Below are positions 18,957 through 27,825 of a stretch of 27,827 nt of DNA, piece after piece. The notes below the pieces were generated by a model that was given only the letters and a program-made list of their open reading frames with translations, searched no databases and had not been told where the DNA came from. Source of the DNA: a virus (lineage: Duplodnaviria > Caudoviricetes); IMG/VR virus record IMGVR_UViG_3300044513_004019, positions 1 through 27,827 of that record; one strand, 5' to 3'. Each line of letters opens with the position of its first letter. Position 1 is the stretch's first letter. The position numbers were made by a program, and so were the translations under genes.

Positions 18957-19252
18957 AGCTACTAGGATTTTTAGAATACATTAACGAGTCTTCGAAAACA
19001 GACACAGCTCTAAAGAATAAATCAGATAAAACTGGGATTCCTAAAGGCATCCTTAAACAAGTATATAATAGAGGACTTGCTGCTTGGAAAACTGGACACC
19101 GACCTGGAGTAAGCCAACATCAGTGGGCAATGGGTAGAGTTAACTCTTTTGCCACAAAAGGTTCAGGTACTTGGGGAGGAGCTGATAAAGATCTTGCGGC
19201 TAAGGCCAGAAAGTCAAAAAAGAAAAAGAAAGGCAAATCTAAGAAGAAATGA
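18953..19252 (+). CDS. DUF5824-like small basic protein, candidate head internal protein
   Basis: KTGIPKGILKQVYNRGLAAWKTGHRPGVSQHQWAMGRVNSF is the DUF5824-type motif. The N-terminus is MKLLGFLEYINE and the C-terminus is a poly-Lys tail. Confidence 0.78.
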   Translation: MKLLGFLEYINESSKTDTALKNKSDKTGIPKGILKQVYNRGLAAWKTGHRPGVSQHQWAMGRVNSFATKGSGTWGGADKDLAAKARKSKKKKKGKSKKK

Positions 19253-19665
19253 GATTAGAGAGGTTTGACATGCGGAGCGAACTGTTCCCGGGAGATTCAC
19301 AAATTGCTCGCTCTGAGATGGGCCAAAATTCTTATGAATACCAGATTCGCTGGGTAGATTCTCCTTTATATTATAAGCGAGAAATAGGAACAGAGTTATG
19401 GTCTTTCTGTACTGATAAAGAATTTGCTGAGGGAGTAAGGCCAGATAACTTAATTATATGGAATCCTGAAGAATATTCAAATAGAATACCTGGAGGGGTA
19501 GCAGATCAAATGGTTCCATCTCAATTTGAAGAGTCAGATCTAATAGACGGAATAAGGATAGAAATGGAACACACCAATGATCTTTATATCGCTAGAGAAA
19601 TAGCAATGGATCACCTGGCAGAAGATCCAGATTATTATAAAAAGCTTAAGAGAATACATAGATGA
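19249..19665 (+). CDS. Protein with C-terminal DUF5661-like domain
   Basis: Contains the IPGGVAD...[31 protein letters not shown] motif and has ATGA overlaps at both ends. Confidence 0.72.
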   Translation: MRLERFDMRSELFPGDSQIARSEMGQNSYEYQIRWVDSPLYYKREIGTELWSFCTDKEFAEGVRPDNLIIWNPEEYSNRIPGGVADQMVPSQFEESDLIDGIRIEMEHTNDLYIAREIAMDHLAEDPDYYKKLKRIHR

Positions 19666-20210
19666 TTTTAAACGCTAGAAATAATGGGTTTGTATTCCTA
19701 TTTCCTCCTGATTTTTTCTCAGAGGAAATAAAGGAGAAGTATAAGAAATATTATCAGAGTTTAATACTTCCATATGATACTATTGAAGATTTTATGTCTT
19801 CTACTATTCAATCAGTAGATTTTCCAGGCTGGAACATGAATCTTGTGTCGCAAACTAGAACTAGAGGTAAGAAACAAGAATATAAAAATTCTAAACCGGT
19901 TGAAGATCTATTTACTAGAGAATTCACCCTTACTTTTAAGATGACTGATGCATTCTTAAATTATTGGATCTTCGTAGACAACGCCTTAAATTATGTCAAT
20001 TTCGATAATAGAGAACAAACTCTTTCTCCGATGAGATTGTCAATGGTAGATAATCAAGGATATCTTGTTTCTACTGTAAGATTTAATAGCCCAATTCTAA
20101 AGGGTCAAGACGGAATTAAACTATCTTATAGCTCAGTTACTCCAGAATTTAGAACGTTTAACGCTAAATTCCAATATATCGATTTTGATCTAGATATTCA
20201 ATTCAATTAA
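19662..20210 (+). CDS. T4 gp3-like tail tube terminator (tail-tube fold protein)
   Basis: IQSVDFPG...[13 protein letters not shown]...MRLSMVDNQ...VRFNSP...IKLSYS...[10 protein letters not shown] parallels gp3/gp19-family motifs (QSVPIPG...LyIlDN...F..P....eFsY). The 182 aa size fits. Confidence 0.68.
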   Translation: MILNARNNGFVFLFPPDFFSEEIKEKYKKYYQSLILPYDTIEDFMSSTIQSVDFPGWNMNLVSQTRTRGKKQEYKNSKPVEDLFTREFTLTFKMTDAFLNYWIFVDNALNYVNFDNREQTLSPMRLSMVDNQGYLVSTVRFNSPILKGQDGIKLSYSSVTPEFRTFNAKFQYIDFDLDIQFN

Positions 20211-23200
20211 GGAGTTGCGGTTTGGAACCATGCTTTCCATGAAATAGCAGAAGATTGTTGATGTAAGCTTGAATTTACCCCATTTGTTTGAAACCCAAAA
20301 AACAGTCTATCAGTACTTGATGTGATAACAGTGCTTAGAGTCCAATAGAAAGTAGCAACATTATGGAAGTAACTTGTTCCTTGCTGGAGTAAACTCACAG
20401 TTCGATCCGATCCTATAGCAACCATATTCAAGTCAGATCCATTTAAATCTTGGTGAGTGTGAATAAACGGTCTAACAATTAACGAAGTCGATGTGCTTGT
20501 ATTATACGTTGCGAGAGCCGTAACCCTCATTACCAAAACAGTTGTATCTTGAGTATTATCAATAATTGGTATACCACAATGCAATGCTTCCCATGGAAGT
20601 AAGTTAGACCCAGTTATTGTACTATTTGCTGATGCAGCCCATTCACTCGCGGCCCATCCACCGGCAGTATTATTTCCAACTAAATATTCTCCGGAAGTAT
20701 AAGGAATGGCAAATCTAGAGGCATTAAATGAGGTTTCTGCAATTGGGTTTTCATTAGCCCAGGTTGATCCGGTGCCAATTGGCCCTTGTGGTCCAGTAGA
20801 ACCTTGTGCTCCAGCAGAACCTGCGGCTCCAGTTGCTCCAGTTGCTCCAGTTGCTCCTTGTGTTCCTAGTCCCTTGGCTCCTTGTGCTCCAGTGCTTCCA
20901 GTGGCTCCAATAGAACCTTGTGCTCCAACCGCTCCAGTGGCTCCGGTTGATCCTTGAGCTCCAGCAGAACCTGCAGCTCCAGTGGCTCCGGTTGATCCTT
21001 GAGCTCCAGCAGAACCTGTAGCTCCAGTAGAACCTTGTGCTCCAACGGCTCCGGTTGATCCTTGAGCTCCAGCAGAACCTGTAGCTCCAGTGGCTCCAGT
21101 TGAACCCGTCGCTCCTGTGCTTCCAGTAGCTCCAGTAGAACCTTGTGCTCCAACAGCTCCAACAGCTCCGGTTGATCCTTGAGCTCCAGCAGAACCTGTA
21201 GCTCCAGTGGCTCCAGTTGAACCCGTCGCTCCTGTGCTTCCAGTAGCTCCTGTAGAACCTTGTGCTCCAACGGCTCCAGTGGCTCCGGTTGATCCTTGAG
21301 CTCCAACGGCTCCGGTTGCTCCGGTTGATCCTTGAGCTCCAACGGCTCCAGTGGCTCCGGTTGATCCTTGAGCTCCAACGGCTCCAGTGGCTCCGGTTGA
21401 TCCTTGAGCTCCAGCAGAACCTTGTGCTCCAACGGCTCCGGTTGCTCCGGTTGATCCTTGAGCTCCAGCAGAACCTTGTGCTCCAACGGCTCCGGTTGCT
21501 CCGGTTGATCCTTGAGCTCCAGCAGAACCTGCAGCTCCAGTGGCTCCGGTTGAACCTTGGGCTCCAACGGCTCCAGTTGCTCCAGTAGAACCCTGTGCTC
21601 CAACAGCTCCAGTAGCTCCAGTTGCTCCTAGAAGAGTATTAGTAATTTGGTGAACTCCACAGATGATAGAAGGTATAGCAGGTTCAGTAGAAGTAGCTGC
21701 AGTGTATTGCAAGCTTACATCAGTTGAATCTGAATCCCACCATATTTCAATGTAATCATTAGTATTTTGACTGGTTCCTATATAGTCAATCGTGATTAAA
21801 TCTGTATATGGCTCAGTGGAACTTTTTCTAGGTTGAAGTAGAACATTAGTTCCACTATTGGCATAATCAACGCCATTTAATCTCAACCAAAATGTAGCAT
21901 ACTGAGTTGCATTAGATACACTTGAAACTTGAAGTACTGCAGTAAACTTATACGTTCCTACAACCGGTAATGTTACTTCAGTTCCGTTTTGAACGGAAAT
22001 TCCATTCGCTCCAAATGAAGATCCTATATCCACAACTTGAGCCGTATTTACGCTTGATATAGGTTGATCTGTAGTATCATAAAAAGATCCCCACTGTGCA
22101 ACAACTCCTCCAGGTCCCTGTGGTCCTACCGGTCCTGTCGCACCTTGAGCTCCGGCCCCAGCGGGTCCAGTCGCTCCTTGAGCTCCAGCAGAACCTGCGG
22201 CCCCAGTTGCTCCAGTCGATCCTTGGGCTCCAGCAGAACCTGCGGCTCCAGTTGCTCCAGTCGATCCTTGGGCTCCAGCAGAACCTGCGGCCCCAGTTGC
22301 TCCAGTCGATCCTTGGGCTCCAGCAGAACCTGCGGCTCCAGTTGCTCCAGTCGATCCTTGGGCTCCAGCAGAACCTGCGGCTCCAGTTGCTCCTTGGGCT
22401 CCAGTTGCTCCGGCTCCTGTACTAGGCGAGTTTTGCCAGATACCAAGACTAGAGTTATACATCAATATATCCTGATCAGCTAATGGAGAACTTAAGTAAA
22501 CATCTGCTAGTTCCTCTAGCAATAAATCGATATCTATATTAATTTGCTGATTAGGAGACTCGGTTAACGTAAACTTATCTAAAAAGTTTAGAGTAATTAT
22601 ATCAGCGTCCCCTATTTGAACTCCAGCTGATAAGACATTGTTCAAAGTTCCAGTGCCCCCAGGTAGGGAAGCATTAACCGTCACGTTAACCCTAGAGTTA
22701 ACACTATCATCTACAATAGTTAAACTAACATTTGATCCCTCAATAAAATTAATAGTATCTCTGGACCCTACCAGGCTTCCACCTTTTTCTATGTTAACCA
22801 CAGAAACGGCATTTGCCTCTAATGTTCCTGATCCATCAATATATGTCCATGTGACGGTGGAAGTATCTTGAACTAGAGCAGCGACTCTGTCGTCTACTCG
22901 CTCGTCAGTGTAATATAAGTTTGTTGACCCCTCGGTTAAATCATCAGTATCAAATGGCGCCAGGGTGATAGTCGGAGTTAGCCTATTGGCTATATCATTA
23001 TATAGCCAAGTGATTCCTGTACCATTCTGGATCATCCCTGCGACCGTGTCCTGAGCTCTCTCGTCAGTGTAATATAGGTTTGTAGAACCTTCGCTTAAAT
23101 CATCAGTATCAAACGGGGCTAATGTGACTGTAGGAGTTAATGTACCTGCAGAAGCTCCATTATCAGAGTAAGTCCACGATATACCCGTACCGTTCTGAAT

Positions 23201-23611
23201 TAAGCTAAGAGATACTCGATCGTCAACTCTTTCACCTGTAAAATATAAACGAGATCCTTCTGCTAAATCTGATGTGCTAAAAGGAGAAAGGGTTACGTTT
23301 CCAGTAAACGTATTTGAAGGGTCATTGTATGTCCAATTTAAACCTGTACCGTCCTGGATCATCGTAGAAATTGTGTCCTGGGCGCGCTCATCAGTATAAT
23401 AAAGATTAGACCCTTCTGAAATATCGTCTGTTGTTAAAGAAAGTGATCCAACTCCCTGCCAAGTAACATTACCAGCGCCATCAGTAGTTAAAACCTGGCC
23501 GCTAGTACCGTCTGTTGTTGGCAGAGTAAACTGTTCATTTACAGTGATTGTTTTAGCATCTAAAGATCCTAATATGTATACATTCTGATATAATTGAGAA
23601 GTTTTCTTCAT
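20207..23611 (-). CDS. Collagen-like fibre protein (~1134 aa): N-terminal fibre repeats, two Gly-X-Y blocks separated by a C1q/BclA-CTD-like domain, C-terminal globular domain
   Basis: Begins with the [24 protein letters not shown] fibre motif and four [17 protein letters not shown] repeats, followed by Gly-X-Y blocks. ATG 23611 is preferred to TTG 23614, and two GAATAAATAA motifs lie upstream. Confidence 0.88.
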   Translation of the reverse strand: MKKTSQLYQNVYILGSLDAKTITVNEQFTLPTTDGTSGQVLTTDGAGNVTWQGVGSLSLTTDDISEGSNLYYTDERAQDTISTMIQDGTGLNWTYNDPSNTFTGNVTLSPFSTSDLAEGSRLYFTGERVDDRVSLSLIQNGTGISWTYSDNGASAGTLTPTVTLAPFDTDDLSEGSTNLYYTDERAQDTVAGMIQNGTGITWLYNDIANRLTPTITLAPFDTDDLTEGSTNLYYTDERVDDRVAALVQDTSTVTWTYIDGSGTLEANAVSVVNIEKGGSLVGSRDTINFIEGSNVSLTIVDDSVNSRVNVTVNASLPGGTGTLNNVLSAGVQIGDADIITLNFLDKFTLTESPNQQINIDIDLLLEELADVYLSSPLADQDILMYNSSLGIWQNSPSTGAGATGAQGATGAAGSAGAQGSTGATGAAGSAGAQGSTGATGAAGSAGAQGSTGATGAAGSAGAQGSTGATGAAGSAGAQGATGPAGAGAQGATGPVGPQGPGGVVAQWGSFYDTTDQPISSVNTAQVVDIGSSFGANGISVQNGTEVTLPVVGTYKFTAVLQVSSVSNATQYATFWLRLNGVDYANSGTNVLLQPRKSSTEPYTDLITIDYIGTSQNTNDYIEIWWDSDSTDVSLQYTAATSTEPAIPSIICGVHQITNTLLGATGATGAVGAQGSTGATGAVGAQGSTGATGAAGSAGAQGSTGATGAVGAQGSAGAQGSTGATGAVGAQGSAGAQGSTGATGAVGAQGSTGATGAVGAQGSTGATGAVGAQGSTGATGAVGAQGSTGATGSTGATGSTGATGATGSAGAQGSTGAVGAVGAQGSTGATGSTGATGSTGATGATGSAGAQGSTGAVGAQGSTGATGSAGAQGSTGATGAAGSAGAQGSTGATGAVGAQGSIGATGSTGAQGAKGLGTQGATGATGATGAAGSAGAQGSTGPQGPIGTGSTWANENPIAETSFNASRFAIPYTSGEYLVGNNTAGGWAASEWAASANSTITGSNLLPWEALHCGIPIIDNTQDTTVLVMRVTALATYNTSTSTSLIVRPFIHTHQDLNGSDLNMVAIGSDRTVSLLQQGTSYFHNVATFYWTLSTVITSSTDRLFFGFQTNGVNSSLHQQSSAISWKAWFQTATP
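20777..21628 (-). repeat. Collagen Gly-X-Y block (~94 triplets; [15 protein letters not shown])
   Basis: 9-nt periodicity, with a near-identical 117-nt duplication around 21048-21251 and one G-X-G interruption (GAKGLGTQ). Confidence 0.95.
22109..22417 (-). repeat. Collagen Gly-X-Y block built on a 45-nt tandem repeat ([15 protein letters not shown])
   Basis: About 4-5 near-perfect copies of ccagcagaacctgcggc(t/c)ccagttgctccagtcgatccttgggct. Confidence 0.95.
22810..23434 (-). repeat. Four ~53-aa protein repeats ([17 protein letters not shown]...GTGIxWxY...TLxPF)
   Basis: Visible directly in the translation, aa ~61-270. Confidence 0.9.
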
Positions 23612-23633
23612 CAAGTCCTAGTATTTTATATGA

Positions 23634-23643
23634 TTATTTATTC
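23634..23643 (-). promoter_or_regulatory. Putative late promoter GAATAAATAA (proximal)
   Basis: Intergenic, 22 nt upstream of ATG 23611. Identical 10-mer to 14482-14491. Confidence 0.6.
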
Positions 23644-23668
23644 TGAAGAGCTAACTAATCATCTATTA

Positions 23669-23678
23669 TTATTTATTC
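23669..23678 (-). promoter_or_regulatory. Putative late promoter GAATAAATAA (distal tandem copy)
   Basis: Second identical 10-mer, offset 35 nt upstream of the first. Confidence 0.55.
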
Positions 23679-23694
23679 GATCAAACTTGAATTA

Positions 23695-23725
23695 TTGAAA
23701 CCTCGGTCAATATAGGTGATATAAT
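23695..23725 (+). promoter_or_regulatory. Sigma70-like (early/middle) promoter TTGAAA-N19-TATAAT with extended -10 TG
   Basis: TTGAAA lies at 23695-23700 and TGaTATAAT at 23717-23725, with a second TATAAT at 23725-23730. It ends 18 nt upstream of ATG 23744. The spacer is longer than the canonical 17 nt. Confidence 0.5.
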
Positions 23726-23743
23726 ATAATCAAAGAACTTAGT

Positions 23744-24985
23744 ATGAAGTTAAGCATAATTACACCTTCCCATAAAGCAGATTATCTAAAGGAATTATAT
23801 GATTCAATTGTTGATCAGACTTACGAAAATTGGGAGTGGGTATTATACATAAATGGAGGCCTTAAAAAGAAGGATTTACCCTCTGAAATAATTGAAAATC
23901 CAAAAGTAAGAATTATATCATACGATGGACCTAATACTAATGTAGGATACATAAAACATCATGCATTTCTTCTTGGACAAGGCGATGCTTTGTTAGAAGT
24001 AGATCACGATGACATAATAACTCCAGACTGTCTAGAAGAAGTAGCAAAGGCATTCAAAGATAATCCAGATGTTGGGTTTGTGTTTAGTGATAACGCTAAA
24101 ATAGACGACGATTTTATACCCTATAACCCAGAACATGGCTGGATCTATGAGCCATTTGAATGGAAGGGAAAGGAACTTATCTCCATGAACACATTTGAAG
24201 CTGATGCAGCTTCGGTTTCTTTGATATTCTATGCACCTGATCACATCAGAGCATGGAGAAAATCAGTTTACGTTGAAATTGGTGGACATAATGTAGATCT
24301 TAGTATTTTGGATGACCAAGAACTGATGATTAGGACCTACATGGTCACTAAGTTCAAAAAGATACCAAAGACTCTGTACTTATATCGAATTCACGGAGAT
24401 AATACTTGGATTGAAAGAAACCAGGCAATTCAAGATGGAACATTTGCAATGTTTAGAGAATGGCAACAGAGGTTAGCTGAAAGAGATGCAGATCTAAGAG
24501 GTTTAAGAAAGATAGACATCGGAGGCGGCATTTTAGGTCGAGAAGGATATGAGACTGTTGATATTCGAAATGGAATGATCCAGGCAGACCTGAATGAACC
24601 CTGGCCATTCAAGGACGGCGAAGTTGGAGTGATAAATGCATCACACATCATAAGTCATTTAAAGGATAAACAATTTACAATGTCAGAAATTCATCGAGTC
24701 CTTGCAGACGGAGGTTGGGTATTCATAGAAGTTCCGTCAACAGATGGTCGAGGAGCCTTTCAAGATCCTACCCATGTCACTTATTGGAATGAGAATAGTT
24801 TCTTGTATTATACTAGATCTGCTCAAGCTAGATTTATTTACAATGATTCAATAAAATTCCAAGATCGATTACTAGAAACAGGCTTCTTCGATCCTTGGAT
24901 GGAAGAGATGAATATTCCCTGTACTAGAGCCTGGTTAAGGGCAATCAAAAGCGATGCCAGAATCCCAGGACAAGTTCAGATTTAA
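23744..24985 (+). CDS. Family 2 glycosyltransferase fused to a class I SAM-dependent methyltransferase-like domain
   Basis: The N-terminal LSIITPSH...[17 protein letters not shown]...EVDHDD (DxD)...DDQELMIR indicates a GT-A/GT2 fold. The C-terminal IDIGGG...DLNEPWPF...ASHIISHL...[17 protein letters not shown]...DPTH is Methyltransf_11-like. Confidence 0.9.
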   Translation: MKLSIITPSHKADYLKELYDSIVDQTYENWEWVLYINGGLKKKDLPSEIIENPKVRIISYDGPNTNVGYIKHHAFLLGQGDALLEVDHDDIITPDCLEEVAKAFKDNPDVGFVFSDNAKIDDDFIPYNPEHGWIYEPFEWKGKELISMNTFEADAASVSLIFYAPDHIRAWRKSVYVEIGGHNVDLSILDDQELMIRTYMVTKFKKIPKTLYLYRIHGDNTWIERNQAIQDGTFAMFREWQQRLAERDADLRGLRKIDIGGGILGREGYETVDIRNGMIQADLNEPWPFKDGEVGVINASHIISHLKDKQFTMSEIHRVLADGGWVFIEVPSTDGRGAFQDPTHVTYWNENSFLYYTRSAQARFIYNDSIKFQDRLLETGFFDPWMEEMNIPCTRAWLRAIKSDARIPGQVQI

Positions 24986-27825
24986 CCAATTTTGAGAATC
25001 CAAGTAACTTGAGCCGTACCGAAAGATCCTCCGTTTCCTTTAAATCCAACTACTATAAAATCCTCACATTCATCTAAGTCTACTCCAGTAGTTGCAGCAA
25101 GTGTAAAGCACGCGGTCCCGGTACCCGTGAGAACCGTGTTTGATTGGCCAATTGAAGTTAAAGTAACTGCTGAACTTCCAGTACCTATATCACTACAGCT
25201 TCCCCTCCACAGTCCAATATCGACACTAGCACTTCTTGATCCAACAGCAGAAGAATCGTGATAATTACCACATAATGTCAGCTTTGTTGCACCTGTGATG
25301 TTAATTGGTAAGTAAATAGCGCATGCAAATTCGTGAGGGCTTGATAAGTCTGTTATGCTGGAACCTTTACTAATATTCCAATCGTTTCCTCCCCATCCAT
25401 ATGGGTCTTGTCCAATATACCAAGTTCCATCTGACATAAATGTATTACTGCTAGACGCAACAGGAACAACCGAAGATCCTCCTCCTCCAGAAGCTCCCTG
25501 TGCTCCAGTCGCTCCTTGTGCTCCATTAGTTCCGTTAGTTCCTGCAGCTCCTTGAGCTCCATTAGTTCCATTTGATCCAGCAGCTCCCTGTGCTCCGGTA
25601 GCTCCTTTAGCTCCTTGTGCTCCATTAGTTCCGTTAGTTCCAGCAGCTCCTTGAGCTCCAGTTCCTCCTTTAGCACCTTGGGCTCCATTAGTTCCGTTAG
25701 TTCCAGCAGCTCCTTGAGCTCCAGTTCCTCCTTTGGCTCCTTGAGCTCCTGTAGCACCTTGGGCTCCATTGGATCCAGCATCTCCTTGAGCTCCAGTTGC
25801 ACCTTGGGCTCCATTGGATCCAGCATCTCCTTGAGCTCCAGTTCCTCCTTTGGCTCCTTGAGCTCCATTGGATCCAGCATCTCCTTGAGCTCCAGTTCCT
25901 CCTTTGGCTCCTTGAGCTCCTGTAGCACCTTGGGCTCCATTTGATCCAGCATCTCCTTGAGCTCCAGTTCCTCCTTTGGCTCCTTGAGCTCCATTTGATC
26001 CAGCAGCTCCTTGTGCCCCAGTTCCTCCTTTGGCTCCTTGGGCTCCATTTGATCCAGCAGCTCCTTGAGCTCCATTTGATCCGGCGGCTCCTTGTGCCCC
26101 GGTAGCTCCTTGGGCTCCATTTGATCCTGCAGCTCCTTGGGCTCCGGTAGCTCCCTGTATTCCCTGTTCTAACTCAAAGTTAAATACGGCTGCGTTAGCT
26201 GTACCTGAATTAGTCACAGTAGGAGGAGTACCTGCTGGTACTGGAACGACTGTTCCGATTGATATAGTGGCTGAGTTGCCTTGAGCTCCATTTCCTCCTT
26301 TAGCTCCTTGAGCTCCATTAGATCCTGTAGCTCCTTGGGCTCCATTAGATCCTGCAGCTCCTTGAGAACCAGTTGCTCCTTTAGCTCCTTGTGCTCCTGT
26401 TGCACCTTGGGCTCCATTAGATCCTGCAGATCCTTGAGAACCTGTAGCTCCTTTGGCTCCTTGTGCTCCAGTTGCTCCCTGAGCTCCATTAGATCCTGCA
26501 GCTCCTTGTGCTCCTTGATCTCCCTGGGCTCCAGTTGCTCCCTTGGCTCCTTGTGCTCCTTGATCTCCCTGGGCTCCAGTTGCTCCTTTGGCTCCCTGTG
26601 CTCCAGTGTTTCCTTGTGCTCCATTAGATCCTGCAGCACCTTGAGAACCTGTAGCTCCCTTGGCTCCTTGAGCTCCAGTTGCTCCCTGAGCTCCTTGTAT
26701 TCCTTGCTCTAACTCAAAGTCAAATACTGCTGCGTTAGCAGTACCTGAGTTAGTCACAGTAGGAGGAGTACCTGCGGGTACTGGAAGTACTGTTCCGACA
26801 TTTATAGTAGCTGCATTTCCTTGAGAACCGGTAGCTCCTTTGGCTCCTTGTGCTCCTGTTGCTCCCTGTGCTCCATTAGATCCTGCAGCTCCTTGAGAAC
26901 CGGTAGCTCCTTTGGCTCCTTGTGCTCCTGTTGCTCCCTGTGCTCCATTAGATCCTGCAGCTCCTTGAGAACCGGTAGCTCCTTTAGCTCCTTGTGCTCC
27001 TTGTATTCCCTGCTCTAACTCAAAGTCAAATACTGCTGCGTTAGCCGTACCTGAGTTAGTCACAGTAGGAGGAGTACCTGCGGGTACTGGCAGTACTGTT
27101 CCGACATTTATAGTAGCTGAGTTACCTTGAGCTCCTGTATTTCCTTGAGAACCCGTTGCTCCCTGAGAACCTGTATTTCCTTGAGAACCTGTTGCACCTT
27201 TAGCTCCCTGAGCTCCAGTGTCTCCTTGGGCTCCAGTTGCTCCCTTGGCTCCCTGAGCTCCAGTGTCTCCTTGTGCTCCAGTTGCTCCCTTGGCTCCTTG
27301 GGCTCCAGTTGCTCCTTGATCTCCTTGTGCTCCAGTTGCTCCCTTGGCTCCCTGGGCTCCAGTTGCTCCTTGAGCTCCTTGATCTCCCTGGGCTCCAGTG
27401 TCTCCCTGAGCTCCAGTGTCTCCTTGTGCTCCTTGATCTCCCTGGGCTCCAGTTGCTCCTTTGGCTCCTTGAGCTCCTTGATCTCCCTGGGCTCCAGTTG
27501 CTCCTTTGGCTCCCTGTGCTCCAGTTGCTCCTTGAGCTCCAGTTGCTCCTTGAGCTCCGGTTAGACTCAAATTACTTCTAGTTTTTATAGTACCGCTAGA
27601 TTCTAAAACTAAGATGTCGTTTGCAACACCGCCCGATTGTATATTAGGTGCGATTATATCAGATTGGAATCTTACATCGTCTCCTATCTTAGATATAACC
27701 TTAGTCATATCATTTGCAGTATATCCAGAGTCTACTGATGATTGTTCACTACTTACGTTGTTATTTATGGATACAGCTGATTTTAGAGAACTGCTTCTTG
27801 GTACTACATCAATATCACAAGTTAC
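24982..27825 (-). CDS. Collagen-like fibre protein, probably 5'-truncated by the window (>=947 aa)
   Basis: The frame stays open upstream of ATG 27708 to the window edge ([43 protein letters not shown]). It has about 190 Gly-X-Y triplets, three globular spacers and a Cys-containing C-terminal domain. Confidence 0.88.
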   Translation of the reverse strand, partial: VTCDIDVVPRSSSLKSAVSINNNVSSEQSSVDSGYTANDMTKVISKIGDDVRFQSDIIAPNIQSGGVANDILVLESSGTIKTRSNLSLTGAQGATGAQGATGAQGAKGATGAQGDQGAQGAKGATGAQGDQGAQGDTGAQGDTGAQGDQGAQGATGAQGAKGATGAQGDQGATGAQGAKGATGAQGDTGAQGAKGATGAQGDTGAQGAKGATGSQGNTGSQGATGSQGNTGAQGNSATINVGTVLPVPAGTPPTVTNSGTANAAVFDFELEQGIQGAQGAKGATGSQGAAGSNGAQGATGAQGAKGATGSQGAAGSNGAQGATGAQGAKGATGSQGNAATINVGTVLPVPAGTPPTVTNSGTANAAVFDFELEQGIQGAQGATGAQGAKGATGSQGAAGSNGAQGNTGAQGAKGATGAQGDQGAQGAKGATGAQGDQGAQGAAGSNGAQGATGAQGAKGATGSQGSAGSNGAQGATGAQGAKGATGSQGAAGSNGAQGATGSNGAQGAKGGNGAQGNSATISIGTVVPVPAGTPPTVTNSGTANAAVFNFELEQGIQGATGAQGAAGSNGAQGATGAQGAAGSNGAQGAAGSNGAQGAKGGTGAQGAAGSNGAQGAKGGTGAQGDAGSNGAQGATGAQGAKGGTGAQGDAGSNGAQGAKGGTGAQGDAGSNGAQGATGAQGDAGSNGAQGATGAQGAKGGTGAQGAAGTNGTNGAQGAKGGTGAQGAAGTNGTNGAQGAKGATGAQGAAGSNGTNGAQGAAGTNGTNGAQGATGAQGASGGGGSSVVPVASSSNTFMSDGTWYIGQDPYGWGGNDWNISKGSSITDLSSPHEFACAIYLPINITGATKLTLCGNYHDSSAVGSRSASVDIGLWRGSCSDIGTGSSAVTLTSIGQSNTVLTGTGTACFTLAATTGVDLDECEDFIVVGFKGNGGSFGTAQVTWILKIG
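25489..27558 (-). repeat. Long collagen Gly-X-Y region ([18 protein letters not shown]) in four blocks
   Basis: 9-nt periodicity, including an exact 72-nt tandem repeat at ~26819-26985. Confidence 0.95.
26161..27117 (-). repeat. Three copies of a 37-aa spacer [37 protein letters not shown] (27007-27117, 26701-26811, 26161-26271)
   Basis: Near-identical at the protein and DNA level, with offsets of 306 and 540 nt. Confidence 0.93.

Noticed and set aside
22184-22400. 45-nt tandem repeats as a possible CRISPR array
   Set aside because: There are no unique spacers, the repeats are contiguous, and they encode in-frame collagen triplets.
20706-22483. Alternative-frame ORFs over the first collagen gene (e.g. 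20866-21603, 21262-21588, 22064-22483, 22096-22425, 22126-22446)
   Set aside because: These are shadow ORFs created by stop-poor 9-nt periodic repeats, and their translations are low-complexity.
20207-25470. Diversity-generating retroelement acting on the fibre tips
   Set aside because: No reverse transcriptase is present, and no near-identical template/variable repeat pair differing at adenines is visible in the window.
25353-27581. Alternative-frame ORFs over the second collagen gene (ELKE-, SSCS- and LQLL-rich)
   Set aside because: Same repeat-shadow artefact; they lie entirely within the Gly-X-Y region.
27761-27768. ATAAATAA on the minus strand as a promoter for ATG 27708
   Set aside because: It lacks the leading A and lies in a frame that stays open to the window edge, so it is probably coding sequence. 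It cannot be excluded without flanking sequence.
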